Source of the DNA: an uncultured Pseudomonadota bacterium
GTDB lineage: Bacteria; CALINM01
Length of the DNA: 64,000 nt
Assembly (NCBI GenBank): GCA_964540515.1
Contig: CAZIMS010000009.1
Span: forward strand, 28,391 to 92,390
Direction of reading: 5' to 3'
Part shown: positions 1-11,127 of the stretch, in pieces
How the letters are laid out: every line of letters starts with the position of its first letter
Numbering within the stretch: the stretch's first letter is position 1
Notes under the pieces: generated by a model
Seen by the model: the letters and a program-made list of their open reading frames with translations, nothing else
Databases searched by the model: none
What the model was told of the DNA's origin: nothing
Position numbers and translations under genes: made by a program

Positions 1-40
1 TCCAAAAGGTTCCATCCCTTCTTATACATTTTATAGACAT
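1..40 (-). CDS. 5' end of an unidentified gene running off the window (N-terminus MSIKCIRRDGTFW...)
   Basis: ATG at 40..38 (minus) with AGGAGG about 5 nt upstream, immediately after the nifI2 stop; only 13 codons visible. Confidence 0.3.
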   Translation of the reverse strand, partial: MSIKCIRRDGTFW

Positions 41-52
41 ATTTACCTCCTT

Positions 53-469
53 TTATACAACTGCTATCTTACCCTTTTCTCCAGTTCTTATACGAACTAC
101 ATCTTCTATCGGCATAACAAATATCTTACCATCTCCTGCCTTTCCTGTCTTATTAACATCAATAATTGTTTTTATAACTTCCTTAACTTTTTCATCATCT
201 ACAACTATAAATAGCATTTTTTTGGGAACGTAAAGAGCTGGTTTTGGCAGAGAATGTTCTAATGCGTAGGTTGAAGGGGTAGGTACTACCTTAATATTTC
301 CTGGGAAACAGTCGGAAAGCTCAGTATCTACAGTTTCCACAAGAGAGCCCCTCTGCTTACCTCTTCCCTCAACACTTTGCAAGGTCATTGAAGGAACACC
401 TATGTTTTCTAAGGCTCTTTTAGTAAGCTCCACCTTATCTCTTCTGATTATTGCGCATATCTCTTTCAT
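53..469 (-). CDS. nifI2: PII-family nitrogen regulatory protein, NifI2-like (138 aa, extended loop)
   Basis: GlnB/PII-like sequence (GRGKQRG..., C-terminal GDGKIFV...IRTGEKG); 4-nt overlap with the upstream PII gene; embedded in nif operon. Confidence 0.7.
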   Translation of the reverse strand: MKEICAIIRRDKVELTKRALENIGVPSMTLQSVEGRGKQRGSLVETVDTELSDCFPGNIKVVPTPSTYALEHSLPKPALYVPKKMLFIVVDDEKVKEVIKTIIDVNKTGKAGDGKIFVMPIEDVVRIRTGEKGKIAVV

Positions 470-783
470 AGCCCCTCCTCACCTGTACGGATAGTATAGG
501 CTGTCTCAACAGGACTAACAAAAACCTTACCATCACCAATAAATCCAGTTCTTGCCTTCTCCATAATGATATTAATTACCCTATCTACGTCTTTGTCCTC
601 AACAACCATCATAATTTGTAATTTAGGTAGCTCATCATAGTGAATTGGTCCTACCTGCAGTCCCTTCTGCTTTCCTCTACCAAAGACAGCCATCTTTGTC
701 AATGCTGGAAATCCTGCACCTTCTAAGGCAAGTACAACTTCCTGTTCTTTTTCTGGTCTTACAAAAGCCCTAATCATCTTCAT
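466..783 (-). CDS. nifI1: PII-family nitrogen regulatory protein, NifI1-like (105 aa)
   Basis: Classic PII motifs (FGRGKQKG, GDGKVFV, IRTGEEG); nif operon context. Confidence 0.75.
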   Translation of the reverse strand: MKMIRAFVRPEKEQEVVLALEGAGFPALTKMAVFGRGKQKGLQVGPIHYDELPKLQIMMVVEDKDVDRVINIIMEKARTGFIGDGKVFVSPVETAYTIRTGEEGL

Positions 784-799
784 CTTTAATTCCTCCTTT

Positions 800-1186
800 T
801 TATTTTGATTTTTCTAACCATGGTATAGACTTACTTTTTATTGTTTCTAACAATTTGCCAAGGTGATCAACAATTTTGTCATTTTCTTTAGCTTTTACTG
901 GCATTATCCCTCTTCTTGCAAGACGAGCAGCAGAAGGTCCTCCTATCTCGGTTATGTAAATTACCTTACAATCAGAGAGCTTACTTACCTTTGCTTCTAC
1001 AGCATCATCGTGTTCTGCCCCCATACCTCTGGTGCTTTCTACTTTTTCGTCTCTACCATCTCCAAAAAAACGGGACTCTAAGAACTTGTAACCTTCCTTC
1101 GTAACCTCATATATATCAAACCTTCCACATCGACCAAAATGCTCATTCGCATAGGTTCCATCTGTTGTTGCAAAAGCTACTTTCAT
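800..1186 (-). CDS. nifX: NifX/NafY-family dinitrogenase FeMo-cofactor binding protein
   Basis: MKVAFATTDG...HFGRC...FDIYEV N-terminus typical of the NifX/NifB C-domain family; overlaps nifEN stop by 4 nt. Confidence 0.7.
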   Translation of the reverse strand: MKVAFATTDGTYANEHFGRCGRFDIYEVTKEGYKFLESRFFGDGRDEKVESTRGMGAEHDDAVEAKVSKLSDCKVIYITEIGGPSAARLARRGIMPVKAKENDKIVDHLGKLLETIKSKSIPWLEKSK

Positions 1187-3765
1187 AATTCACCTCCTAA
1201 TATTTTATTTACAATTTCCCTCAAAAGGTTTATGCTCCCCTTATAACCAATAGTTGTTCTCTGGGCATGACCAAAATCACTATAAGAGGGATAGCCGTAT
1301 TGGAGTAAGGGTATGTTAAATTTTTTAGCTAAATGTCTTGCTCTTGAGTTTGAGATCCAGATGTCTGCATGGATATCTAAATCTGTTAAATCTCCAACAA
1401 TAACCTCCTCAGCACAAATTGAATGCTTACCTAAACTATCATTTGGTATCACACACTTTGTAACTTTCATCCCGCATTCTGTGAGAAATCTTGAAAACTG
1501 TATAGCCTGATCACTTTCAAGAGCCATGCTTGCCTTTTTACCGGAGATATGAAACTGGGCATCCTTTAGGAGATCTAAAAAAATCTTTCTTTCTCTTTCT
1601 ACCCTTTGGTTTGTCTTCTTTTTCGAAAGTAGTTGGAGAATATTTAAAAAATTCTCAGTACCAGATAGCCCAGTGATGTTATCTAATAATGTGTATCCTA
1701 TACCTGTTAGTTCCTTTAATTTTTTTCCGACACCTTCAAGGCTTAAACCAACAACTATGCTCCATTTGTTATCCCTAATTGATAAAATATCTTTTAAAGA
1801 TGTTCCTCCACAGGTAAGTCCACTAAAGGATTCTCTGCTTCCATCAAGACATCCTAAATCAGGGATCATCAATGGATAAAGGCCAAAGTCTTCTAATATG
1901 TACCTTATTTCATTAAAATCAGCAGGAGTTAAGTGAGAACCAAGAATCACATTAATTTTATTCTCACTCTTATTTTTTGGTATATCAAGTTGCTCATTAG
2001 TTGATAGTGTAATTAATGATTCAATAGCCTTTGCATAGCCTTCTTCTAATCCACCTTCATAGTCTGGTGTAGCTACGGTTACAATCTTTGTCTTATTGTC
2101 TAACGTTCTTACAGCACTTTCTAATAGGGCTCCTCTTACCTCAGAAAGGCTACTTGAGAGGACGGAGATTAGTTCGGGCTTCTGTTTATTAATAACATCA
2201 GAGATTGTTTCTTCTAAACGTTCTTCGCTACCTAAAATTACCTCTTCAGAAAAGAGTTTTGTGGTGTTTATTACTATTGGTTCGCAAAAATGTCTAATTA
2301 GCATAACCTTGCTTAAAAAACTACAACCCTGCGCTCCATGTATAATAGGTACTGTTTTATCTATTCCCTGAAAGGCTAAAGCTGCCCCAAGAGTAGAGGG
2401 TAGCTTAAAGGGGTCTTCGCTATAAGATTTTTTGTTATTCACTATCTTTGGAACTGGGAAGATAAAATTTTTTTTGAGATTACCATAAAACAATAAGGCC
2501 TTTGTAATATCATCAGCTAAGTTGAAAAAGCCTTTTATCCCTGCGTATTTTTTATCCCTTTCTTGATTAACATCAACGAAGGGGATATTTTCTTTTATTG
2601 CTAAGTATTTGTTTCTTCCGCCAGCAATGAGCATCTCTGCCTTTGTCTCGTTAAGAAGCCTTCTTATAGAGGAGGCATCGGAAGATTCTGTAACAATTGC
2701 ATCATTTCTTAAAAGCTCTTTTGCTTTTTTTTCATCTTCATAGCTCGACTTCTTAGTTATTAAAGCTGATACCTCAATACCCATATCTCTCAAGGCCGAT
2801 ATTAGAGACCAGCTCTTCAAACCACCAGAATATAAAACAGCCTTTTTCCCCTTAAGTATTTCATAATCCTTAAGCCCTTCCTCAACCTTTGACCTTAAAT
2901 CTCCAATTGCTGAGTCAACGTTTTTCTCAAAGGTAGGGTTATTAAACTTTTTTGCTATAGTTCGTAGACTCTTAGTTATCTCTGTTGGACCATAAAAGGA
3001 TACATCTACATAATCTATGTTATATTTACTTTCCATTGCCTCAGCAACATTAATAAGAGCTCTGCCGCAGAAAAGCAAGTTTAGCCTTGCTCTGTGGGCA
3101 TATCTTATCTCATCAAAGCTTGCTTTTCCGGTAATACGAGATAGCACCTTAAGCCCTACAGATGTTAAAATATCTTCTATCTCATCCATATCTCCTGCAA
3201 TATTGTATTCCCCTATGATATTTACATAGTCATCCGTTGGATGGGATGGCTCCTTTGTACCAATCACATATCTTAATAAGGCATCCCCTGCAATTCTATT
3301 ACCTAAATTTTTTGGACCAACAAATCCAGGAGCGATAACAGGCACAACTGTTTTCCCTAACCTTTTTGTAATATCAGAACAGACAGATTCAATATCTTCT
3401 CCGGTCAGTCCTGAGATACAGGTTGCATAAACAAAAACTCCAGAGGGGTTGTGTTTTTTTATCACTTCGGTTATGGCTTCTTTTAGCTTTTCTATACCAC
3501 CATAGACAATATCAAGCTCATTCATATCTGTAGTTAGTCCTTTGCAAAGAAAAGGTCCTTTGTCAGATCTTGCACCTCTGCCATCCCATGAGTAACTGCA
3601 ACAGGTTATGGGACCATGAATTATATGGGCTGCATCAGCTATGGGCTGTAAAACTATTAATGCTCCGTCTAAGGCACAGGACTCTCCACCACGGGAACGG
3701 CAAATCTTATGGTTTCCTTTTGATTCACAACTGTTGCTAAAGAGTGTCTCGTTGGCTAAGGTCAT
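1183..3765 (-). CDS. nifEN: Fused NifE-NifN nitrogenase cofactor biosynthesis scaffold (860 aa)
   Basis: N-terminal half NifE-like (HGPITCCSYSWDGRG), C-terminal half NifN-like (IIHGAQGCSFLSKVMLIRHFCEPI); single uninterrupted ORF. Confidence 0.85.
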   Translation of the reverse strand: MTLANETLFSNSCESKGNHKICRSRGGESCALDGALIVLQPIADAAHIIHGPITCCSYSWDGRGARSDKGPFLCKGLTTDMNELDIVYGGIEKLKEAITEVIKKHNPSGVFVYATCISGLTGEDIESVCSDITKRLGKTVVPVIAPGFVGPKNLGNRIAGDALLRYVIGTKEPSHPTDDYVNIIGEYNIAGDMDEIEDILTSVGLKVLSRITGKASFDEIRYAHRARLNLLFCGRALINVAEAMESKYNIDYVDVSFYGPTEITKSLRTIAKKFNNPTFEKNVDSAIGDLRSKVEEGLKDYEILKGKKAVLYSGGLKSWSLISALRDMGIEVSALITKKSSYEDEKKAKELLRNDAIVTESSDASSIRRLLNETKAEMLIAGGRNKYLAIKENIPFVDVNQERDKKYAGIKGFFNLADDITKALLFYGNLKKNFIFPVPKIVNNKKSYSEDPFKLPSTLGAALAFQGIDKTVPIIHGAQGCSFLSKVMLIRHFCEPIVINTTKLFSEEVILGSEERLEETISDVINKQKPELISVLSSSLSEVRGALLESAVRTLDNKTKIVTVATPDYEGGLEEGYAKAIESLITLSTNEQLDIPKNKSENKINVILGSHLTPADFNEIRYILEDFGLYPLMIPDLGCLDGSRESFSGLTCGGTSLKDILSIRDNKWSIVVGLSLEGVGKKLKELTGIGYTLLDNITGLSGTENFLNILQLLSKKKTNQRVERERKIFLDLLKDAQFHISGKKASMALESDQAIQFSRFLTECGMKVTKCVIPNDSLGKHSICAEEVIVGDLTDLDIHADIWISNSRARHLAKKFNIPLLQYGYPSYSDFGHAQRTTIGYKGSINLLREIVNKILGGEL

Positions 3766-3775
3766 TAATAGCTCC

Positions 3776-4510
3776 TTAAGGTAGATTAAAGCCAGTGCTT
3801 GTTAAAATGTTTTTACCCTCTTGAGACATCAAAAAATCTATATACTTCTGAGCCATTTCTTTATTTTTTGAGTCCTTTATAATTGCGATGGCAAAAACTA
3901 TGGGTGAATGGGAGTTAGTATCTACTTTAAGCAAAAGATTTAGTTTATTTCTATTTTGATAAAACTCACTCATATATAAAAAAGCAGCTTCAACTTCTCC
4001 TCTCACTATGTAATCTGCAGCCTGTCTTACGTTCTCTACATATATTATTTTTTCAAGGAGTTCTTTTTTTAGGTTGTAATGATTCAACACTTCATCGGTA
4101 TATCTTCCTAAAGGAGATGTCTTTGGATTTGGGACAGCAATTTTTCTAAAGTTGGCCAGCTCTTTTATTGATTCCATAGGTTTTATGTTTTTGTTACCAG
4201 CTATAACAAGAGAGTTTTTCGCAAAGACCTTTGAGACATTCTTTTCTACTCTTCCAGTTTTTATGAGTTCTTCAATCTCCTTTAAGCCTGCGGAAGCAAA
4301 AATGTCTACTGGAGCACCTTTATCTATCTGAGTCTTTAAACTTCCTGACGGACCAAAGTGAAAATTAATCTTCATACCATAGATAGATTCAAATCTTTTA
4401 CCTATCAACAAGAAAGTGTCTTTAAGAGCGGTAGCCGAAGAGATATACATATCAGATGCAAGTACAAGGGAAGGCGTAAAAAATATTATAAATATCAGAG
4501 AAAAAATCAT
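3776..4510 (-). CDS. modA: Molybdate (possibly tungstate) ABC transporter periplasmic substrate-binding protein
   Basis: Signal peptide followed by ModA-like motifs (FGPSGSLKTQIDKGAPVDIFASAG); adjacent permease and ATPase. Confidence 0.75.
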   Translation of the reverse strand: MIFSLIFIIFFTPSLVLASDMYISSATALKDTFLLIGKRFESIYGMKINFHFGPSGSLKTQIDKGAPVDIFASAGLKEIEELIKTGRVEKNVSKVFAKNSLVIAGNKNIKPMESIKELANFRKIAVPNPKTSPLGRYTDEVLNHYNLKKELLEKIIYVENVRQAADYIVRGEVEAAFLYMSEFYQNRNKLNLLLKVDTNSHSPIVFAIAIIKDSKNKEMAQKYIDFLMSQEGKNILTSTGFNLP

Positions 4511-5238
4511 ATCCTGCCACCTGTGATTAATAATTCCGACTTTTTAAGTGGCATCTCAAGGGCTTCAAGATTATCAATTAGGCTTTCCTCAAAATCATAC
4601 TTGTGACTCAAATGTTTTATAGATCCCATGGAATAAAAAATAATTTTGTCAGACATAAATATAGCCTCTGACATGTCATGGGTTACAAGAACAACTGGTA
4701 TGTTTAAACATCTCTTTATCTCTAATACAAGCTCTCTCATATTACTTTTTAATTTGCTATCAAGCATGCTAAAGGGCTCATCAAGAAGAAGTAGAGATGG
4801 TTCACCAATTATTGCCCTTGCCAAAGCCACCCTTTGCTTCTGTCCTCCTGATAATTCATGGGGGTAATGGTTTTCATAGCCAAAAAGCCCCATTTTGTTA
4901 ATAAGGCTTTGAACTTTTTTTTCATCCTTTTCTTTCCTTATACCATACTCAATGTTTTGTCTTACTGTCATATGGGGGAAAAGTGATAGATTTTGACTTA
5001 CATAACCTATCTTTCTTTTTTGGGGAGGGATGTTTATCTTTTTTTCTGAATCGAAAAAGATGGTATCTTCGCAAATAATTTTACCAGAATCAGGTTTAAC
5101 AAAGCCTGCTATCATATTAATAGTTGACGTTTTTCCAGCACCTGAGGGACCAAAAAGTACTACTAACTCATTACCGATCTCCCAAGATATATTGATCTCG
5201 AATTTTAACATACGCTTCTTTATGTCTATTTTTAGCAT
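4507..5238 (-). CDS. modC: ABC transporter ATP-binding protein (molybdate ModC-like, no TOBE domain)
   Basis: Walker A GPSGAGKTS, signature LSGGQKQR, Walker B LLLDEP. Confidence 0.75.
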   Translation of the reverse strand: MLKIDIKKRMLKFEINISWEIGNELVVLFGPSGAGKTSTINMIAGFVKPDSGKIICEDTIFFDSEKKINIPPQKRKIGYVSQNLSLFPHMTVRQNIEYGIRKEKDEKKVQSLINKMGLFGYENHYPHELSGGQKQRVALARAIIGEPSLLLLDEPFSMLDSKLKSNMRELVLEIKRCLNIPVVLVTHDMSEAIFMSDKIIFYSMGSIKHLSHKYDFEESLIDNLEALEMPLKKSELLITGGRI

Positions 5239-5918
5239 GGTCTTACGCTCCTTTCGGAGAGTTTAAGAGACAAGAGAACAGCAATTATGCTAAAGAGACT
5301 ATAGAAAGCAACAATCAAGTTTGCTCTGTCCCACTCTCCACTAACCACTAATGAGTAAATCATAATTGGCATAGTTTCTGTCTTGCCCGGTATATTTCCT
5401 GCGAAGATTAGTGTTGCCCCAAACTCGCCGAGAGCCCTCACAAAGGAGATTATGAAACCTGTTAAAAATCCTTTCCTTATAAGTGGAAAAATAATTTTGA
5501 AAAAAGTCTCTCCCTCTGAGTGACCAAGAGAGTATGAAGTCTTGATAATATTTTCATCAATAGATTCAATAGCTGTCCTAACTGTCTTAACCATAAGTGG
5601 TAGAGAAACCACATAAGCGGCAATAACTGCTGCCTGCCATGTAAACATTAAGTTTAACCCTGTCCATCTATAGATATAAGAACCGATTATACCGTTTTTG
5701 CCTAATAGTATGATTAGGTAAAATCCAACAATTGTAGGTGGCATCACCATAGGCAGTGTTAACAATGAATCAATTAAGTTTTTGCCAAAGAAGTTTTTTC
5801 GTGCGAGGATATAGGCAAGTGCTGTACCTGTTATAGCCACAAATAGAGTTGATATAGTAGCTACTCTAAGTGATAGAAAGAAAGCGGTTAGAATATCCTC
5901 ATCCATATAAAACTCCAT
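5232..5918 (-). CDS. modB: ABC transporter permease (molybdate ModB-like)
   Basis: Multi-pass membrane protein with the inner-membrane-component EAA-like loop (LGEFGATLIFAGNIPGKTET). Confidence 0.8.
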   Translation of the reverse strand: MEFYMDEDILTAFFLSLRVATISTLFVAITGTALAYILARKNFFGKNLIDSLLTLPMVMPPTIVGFYLIILLGKNGIIGSYIYRWTGLNLMFTWQAAVIAAYVVSLPLMVKTVRTAIESIDENIIKTSYSLGHSEGETFFKIIFPLIRKGFLTGFIISFVRALGEFGATLIFAGNIPGKTETMPIMIYSLVVSGEWDRANLIVAFYSLFSIIAVLLSLKLSERSVRPC

Positions 5919-5921
5919 AGC

Positions 5922-6815
5922 TCATAGGTTTTCACAATACTCTATCCCAAAAAGGGCATTAAGAGCCTCATACTCAATATCTTTGTCTTCTCCAAGCTTT
6001 CCAAAGGCATCAGATCTACATTTGGTACAATGGGACATTTGAGGCATGTACTTTTGTGCTGCTGAACGGGCAATATATATATCATGACAGCTCGGTTTTA
6101 CAATTTGGCTCATCTCTCCTTGAGGGATTAGGCCAATAATATTTTGTGTGTAAGCTCCGCAGGAAGATACAAATTGGGATATTTCCTCAACCTCACTGCT
6201 ATTTATACCTGGCATAAGTACCGTGTTTATCTTGACCAAACATCCCTTAGATACAGCCTTTATTAACCCCTCTTTCTGGCTTGCTACTATTAGTTCTGCT
6301 GCTTCTTCTTGGGAGTAAGTTTTATTATTTTTTATAGCAAAGGAGTATATTTTGTTAGCAGTGGAAGGGCGAAGAGTGTTAATAGTGATTGTGATGCTAT
6401 CAACCCCAGCATCAACCAACTCATCTAACTTCTCGGGAAGGAGAAGTCCGTTAGTGGAGACGCAAAGAACCATGTCGCAGAACTCTTTTTTTACTGATCT
6501 GAAAAATTCAAATGTTTCTTCATTGGCTAAAGCATCTCCCGGACCTGCTACGCCAATTACACGTAAAGTACTATCTCTTTCTGCAAGCAACCTCAACCTA
6601 AATAGTGCTTCATCAACAGTTAAAACCCTTGATGTCACACCAGGGCGAGACTCATTAACACAGTCGTATTTACGTACACAATACCGACACTTAATATTAC
6701 ATTTTGGGGCGATTGGTATATGAATCCTGCTAAATTTGTTATGGGCTTCTGCAGACAAGCAGGGGTGAGATAATGCTATTTTTTTTGATTTCAATGAAGA
6801 AACATTTGATTTCAT
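5922..6815 (-). CDS. nifB: Nitrogenase cofactor biosynthesis radical-SAM protein NifB (core domain only, no NifX-like C-terminal domain)
   Basis: Radical SAM CxxxCxxC (CNIKCRYC), NifB-like flanking sequence, 297 aa. Confidence 0.88.
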   Translation of the reverse strand: MKSNVSSLKSKKIALSHPCLSAEAHNKFSRIHIPIAPKCNIKCRYCVRKYDCVNESRPGVTSRVLTVDEALFRLRLLAERDSTLRVIGVAGPGDALANEETFEFFRSVKKEFCDMVLCVSTNGLLLPEKLDELVDAGVDSITITINTLRPSTANKIYSFAIKNNKTYSQEEAAELIVASQKEGLIKAVSKGCLVKINTVLMPGINSSEVEEISQFVSSCGAYTQNIIGLIPQGEMSQIVKPSCHDIYIARSAAQKYMPQMSHCTKCRSDAFGKLGEDKDIEYEALNALFGIEYCENL

Positions 6816-6825
6816 TTTATACCCC

Positions 6826-8334
6826 CTATCTTATTAAGTCAAAATTTGGACCATCTATGGACTGTCTATCTAACTCTTCCAGTATGGTATTGACAACCTG
6901 AATTAGGAAATTGAGAGTGCCTTGATAACCAATTATTGGTATTCTGTGGAGATGATGTCTATCTTGAATGGGAAACCCAACCCTTACAAGAGGCGTTTTA
7001 GTGTCTCTCCAAAGAAATTTTGCCTGTGAGGGTCCAAAGATAAGGTCGCAGGGCTGTTCAAAAAGGGCTGAACGAAGATGCCACATATCTTTACCTGCGT
7101 ATACATTGCAACCTTTACCAAAGGAACTTTTTTCTAGTAGCTCCTTAGCTTTTAGCTCAAAATCTTTGCCACCATTGGTGCAAAGAATATGAAGAGGATA
7201 CATACCCACTTCTAAGCAAAAACTAATAAGCCCCAAGACAATATCAGGATCGCCTATTATTGCTACCTTTTTCCCGTGTAGGTATGACTGAGAATCTATT
7301 AAGGCATCGAGTAATCTTCCCCTCTCCATTTCTAACTCTTCAGGGATTTGTAACCCCATAATTTTGGAAAGAGTCTCAAGTATATAATCCGTATTCTTCA
7401 CGCCTATTGGGTAGGGCAAAGAGATTGTCTCCTGTAGCCATTCACTTTTTATGTGTTCCATGGTTTTTTCTGTGGAAAAGTGCATTAGTGAGATAGTCGT
7501 CTTTGAGTTTATAGCGTCAAAGAGATCAGCAAGTTTTGTCCCGCCTGTATATAGATTGTACTCACCGGTTAGAGGAGAATCAAAGGAATCACTTGTATCC
7601 CCTAAAACTATGTGTGATATTTTCATTAAGTCTAATATCCGTTTTATCTCCCTAATATTTGCAGGATATGTCTCAAAACCGGTTATAACGTTTATGCGAT
7701 TCTTAGGCATATCCTTTTGTTTAACAATGCTTAAGATACCCTTCATCATATTGTCATAACCAACTATATGGGAACCAACAAAGCTTGGTGTATGAGCAAA
7801 GGGTATTAAGATATCTTGAGGTATTTTATTTTTCTCCCGTGCTGTCCTAATAAAGGCATTCAGGTCATCGCCAATAACCTCAGCCATACAGGTGGTTGAG
7901 ACAGCAATCATTTGAGGCTTGTAAAGGGCATAGGCATTTTCTAAACCTTCTAACATATTGGAAAGACCACCATAAACGGCTGCATCCTCTGTCATAGATG
8001 TGGACACAGCTGGAACAGGCTCTTTATAATGTCTGCTAAAATAGGATCTAAAATAGGCAACACAGCCTTGGGAACCATGAACAAAAGGTAGAGTTTTCTC
8101 AAACCCTAAAGCAGCATAGACAGCACCAAGAGGTTGACAGGCCTTTGATGGGTTAATCGTAACTGCCTGTCTCGCAAAATTTTTCTCTTTATATTCAGCG
8201 CCTTTTGTCCATTCTTTTACTCGCTCAACCTCTTCGTTAGAGCAAGGTGCCTCAAAGGCCTTTTTCTCTTCAAATTGTTTAATATACTCTTCTTCTTTAA
8301 ATAATTGGTTATGGTCTTTGACAGTTGTTTTCAT
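6826..8334 (-). CDS. nifK: Nitrogenase MoFe protein beta chain
   Basis: NifK-like sequence with P-cluster cysteine region ([12 protein letters not shown]); overlaps nifD by 4 nt. Confidence 0.93.
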   Translation of the reverse strand: MKTTVKDHNQLFKEEEYIKQFEEKKAFEAPCSNEEVERVKEWTKGAEYKEKNFARQAVTINPSKACQPLGAVYAALGFEKTLPFVHGSQGCVAYFRSYFSRHYKEPVPAVSTSMTEDAAVYGGLSNMLEGLENAYALYKPQMIAVSTTCMAEVIGDDLNAFIRTAREKNKIPQDILIPFAHTPSFVGSHIVGYDNMMKGILSIVKQKDMPKNRINVITGFETYPANIREIKRILDLMKISHIVLGDTSDSFDSPLTGEYNLYTGGTKLADLFDAINSKTTISLMHFSTEKTMEHIKSEWLQETISLPYPIGVKNTDYILETLSKIMGLQIPEELEMERGRLLDALIDSQSYLHGKKVAIIGDPDIVLGLISFCLEVGMYPLHILCTNGGKDFELKAKELLEKSSFGKGCNVYAGKDMWHLRSALFEQPCDLIFGPSQAKFLWRDTKTPLVRVGFPIQDRHHLHRIPIIGYQGTLNFLIQVVNTILEELDRQSIDGPNFDLIR

Positions 8335-9758
8335 TTTTTCCTCCTAATCAAATTCCACATGGGGCTATTAATTGCCATATCCATGTCTCTTGCAAAGACA
8401 GCAAACCCATCTACTCCATGATAGGGACCCGAATAATCCCAAGAGTGCATCTGTCTAAAGGGCACGCCCATTTTATGGAAAGCATATTTTTCCTTTACAC
8501 CTGAACCAATAAGGTCAGGTCTCAACACCTTTGTAAACTCTTCTAACTCGTATGGAGTTGCATCATCGTATATGATAGTACCCTCTTTAAGTTCGGGATA
8601 TGTTCTTTTATAATCATCGTTATGAGCGAACTCATAGCCAGTTCCAATTACCTCCATACCAAGATCTTCATAAGCCCCTATAGGATGTCGAGGCCTTAAG
8701 CCGCCCACATAAAGCATGACTCTCTTACCTTCTAATCTTGGTCTGTATTCCTCTATGACAGCATCAGTAATTTTTTTGTAATCCTCTATAGCCCTCTCTG
8801 TTTTCTCTTTTACCCTGTCATCAAAAAAGGAGGCAATTTTTCTCATACTCTCGTAAATCTTTGTGGGACCAAAAAAGTTAAACTCTACCCATGGAATACC
8901 AAAATTTTCTTCCATAAATCTGCAAATGTAGTTCATAGATCTATAACAATGGATAAGGTTAATCTTTGCTTTGGAGGCAATACGCATCTCGTTTAGACTT
9001 GCATCTCCTGTCCACTGAGCAATTACTCTTAATCCCATATCTTCCAGTATCTTTCTTGATGCCCAGGCATCACCGCCAATATTATAATCACCTATAATAT
9101 TTACATCATAAGGGGTTGATTTAGAGAAATCACCACCCTTTCCTAACACATAATCTCTTATAGCATCATTAGCGATATGGTGACCCAAAGATTGGGAGAT
9201 ACCTCTAAACCCTTCACATCTTACTGGAACTATAGGGATACCCAACTCTTTACTCATCTTTCTACAAACTGACTCAATATCATCACCTATTAAACCAACA
9301 GGACATTCAGACTGGATTGATATACCCTTTGCAAGAGGGAATAGCTCTTTTAACTCTCTTAAGATCTGTTCAAGCTTTTTATCTCCACCAAAAACTATAT
9401 CCTTTTCTTGATAATCACTGGTAATGTGGACAGTTCCAAAATTGTCTATACCACTAATTCCATTAGAATAGTTTCTTCTGGACCACCAGCTATACTGACC
9501 GCAACCAATAGGACCATGACTTATATGAAGCATGTCCTTCACGGGTCCCCATACAACGCCCTTAGAACCAGCGTAGGCACAACCTCTAATTGTCATAACG
9601 CCAGGACGTGATTTAACATTGCTTTTTACCTGACAGGTGGAACAAGTTCCGGTAGGGTCGTTTGGTTTGATATGCAAAGCCCTTTCCTTCCTCGTTTTCT
9701 CAGGATATATGGATAGGACTTCGTCTATAATTTTTTGTGTCCTTTCAATATTACTCAT
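8331..9758 (-). CDS. nifD: Nitrogenase MoFe protein alpha chain
   Basis: NifD-like sequence ([31 protein letters not shown]). Confidence 0.93.
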   Translation of the reverse strand: MSNIERTQKIIDEVLSIYPEKTRKERALHIKPNDPTGTCSTCQVKSNVKSRPGVMTIRGCAYAGSKGVVWGPVKDMLHISHGPIGCGQYSWWSRRNYSNGISGIDNFGTVHITSDYQEKDIVFGGDKKLEQILRELKELFPLAKGISIQSECPVGLIGDDIESVCRKMSKELGIPIVPVRCEGFRGISQSLGHHIANDAIRDYVLGKGGDFSKSTPYDVNIIGDYNIGGDAWASRKILEDMGLRVIAQWTGDASLNEMRIASKAKINLIHCYRSMNYICRFMEENFGIPWVEFNFFGPTKIYESMRKIASFFDDRVKEKTERAIEDYKKITDAVIEEYRPRLEGKRVMLYVGGLRPRHPIGAYEDLGMEVIGTGYEFAHNDDYKRTYPELKEGTIIYDDATPYELEEFTKVLRPDLIGSGVKEKYAFHKMGVPFRQMHSWDYSGPYHGVDGFAVFARDMDMAINSPMWNLIRRKK

Positions 9759-9782
9759 AGTCTCTTTTCCTCCTTTTATTTA

Positions 9783-10649
<867 letters not shown>

Positions 10650-10655
10650 TTATTG

Positions 10656-10671
10656 AGCATCAATCGTGCCA
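10656..10671 (-). promoter_or_regulatory. Sigma-54 (RpoN) -24/-12 promoter element upstream of nifH
   Basis: Minus-strand reading TGGCACGATTGATGCT matches TGGCACG-N4-TTGCW with correct GG/GC spacing; about 35 nt upstream of nifH ATG. Confidence 0.55.
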
Positions 10672-10724
10672 TTCAATATCTTATTGAAAAAATTGAAAAA
10701 TTAAATTTTAAGGAGAAGATTTTT

Positions 10725-10749
10725 TTACAAATTTGTAACATCTATTACA
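10725..10749. promoter_or_regulatory. Candidate enhancer/UAS: perfect palindrome TTACAAATTTGTAA overlapping a TGT-N10-ACA motif
   Basis: TGTAACATCTATTACA (10734..10749) fits the NifA-type TGT-N10-ACA spacing, about 65-80 bp upstream of the -24 element; short AT-rich motifs can arise by chance. Confidence 0.3.
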
Positions 10750-11127
10750 TTTTTGTGGTTAAAACTATTCTGTATTGGGCTTAAAGACAATAGGACTTAA
10801 TAAAATGATTAAACTCCTAATAATTAAATGCCCTATCAATGAATATGGAGCTTTAATTAAAAAAAGCTTTTTAAAAGAGGAAGGATTATAGGAAAAGTTT
10901 AAAGCTCTTACTAAATCTGACTTAGTCTTTCCGATTTAATAAGAAAAATTAAGTTGCCATCATTATTTAGTATCTTACTTTCTCTAAATGACTGTATAGA
11001 AATTTTTTACGAAGTGAAAAAGAAAGCCTGAAATTATTAAATGTAAAAATATAGAATATCTCAACACTGAAGGGCTTTTTATAGAAGGATGGGAATTCAG
11101 TAAGAACTAATTAGAAGGGAGGAAAAG

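Noticed and set aside
863-1104. Plus-strand ORFs 863..1081 and 916..1104 inside nifX
   Set aside because: Antisense to a well-supported gene, low-complexity translation with no recognisable motifs. The same reasoning applies to the other short antisense ORFs in the track (for example 1313..1510, 2096..2371, 6352..6723, 7451..7759, 9408..9939, 17720..17971, 22850..23044, 44173..44379, 52924..53235).
3776-5918. Interpreting the ABC transporter inside the nif operon as a generic sulfate or tungstate transporter
   Set aside because: The binding protein has ModA-like motifs and the location inside a Mo-nitrogenase operon favours molybdate; tungstate specificity cannot be excluded from sequence alone, so the call is hedged.
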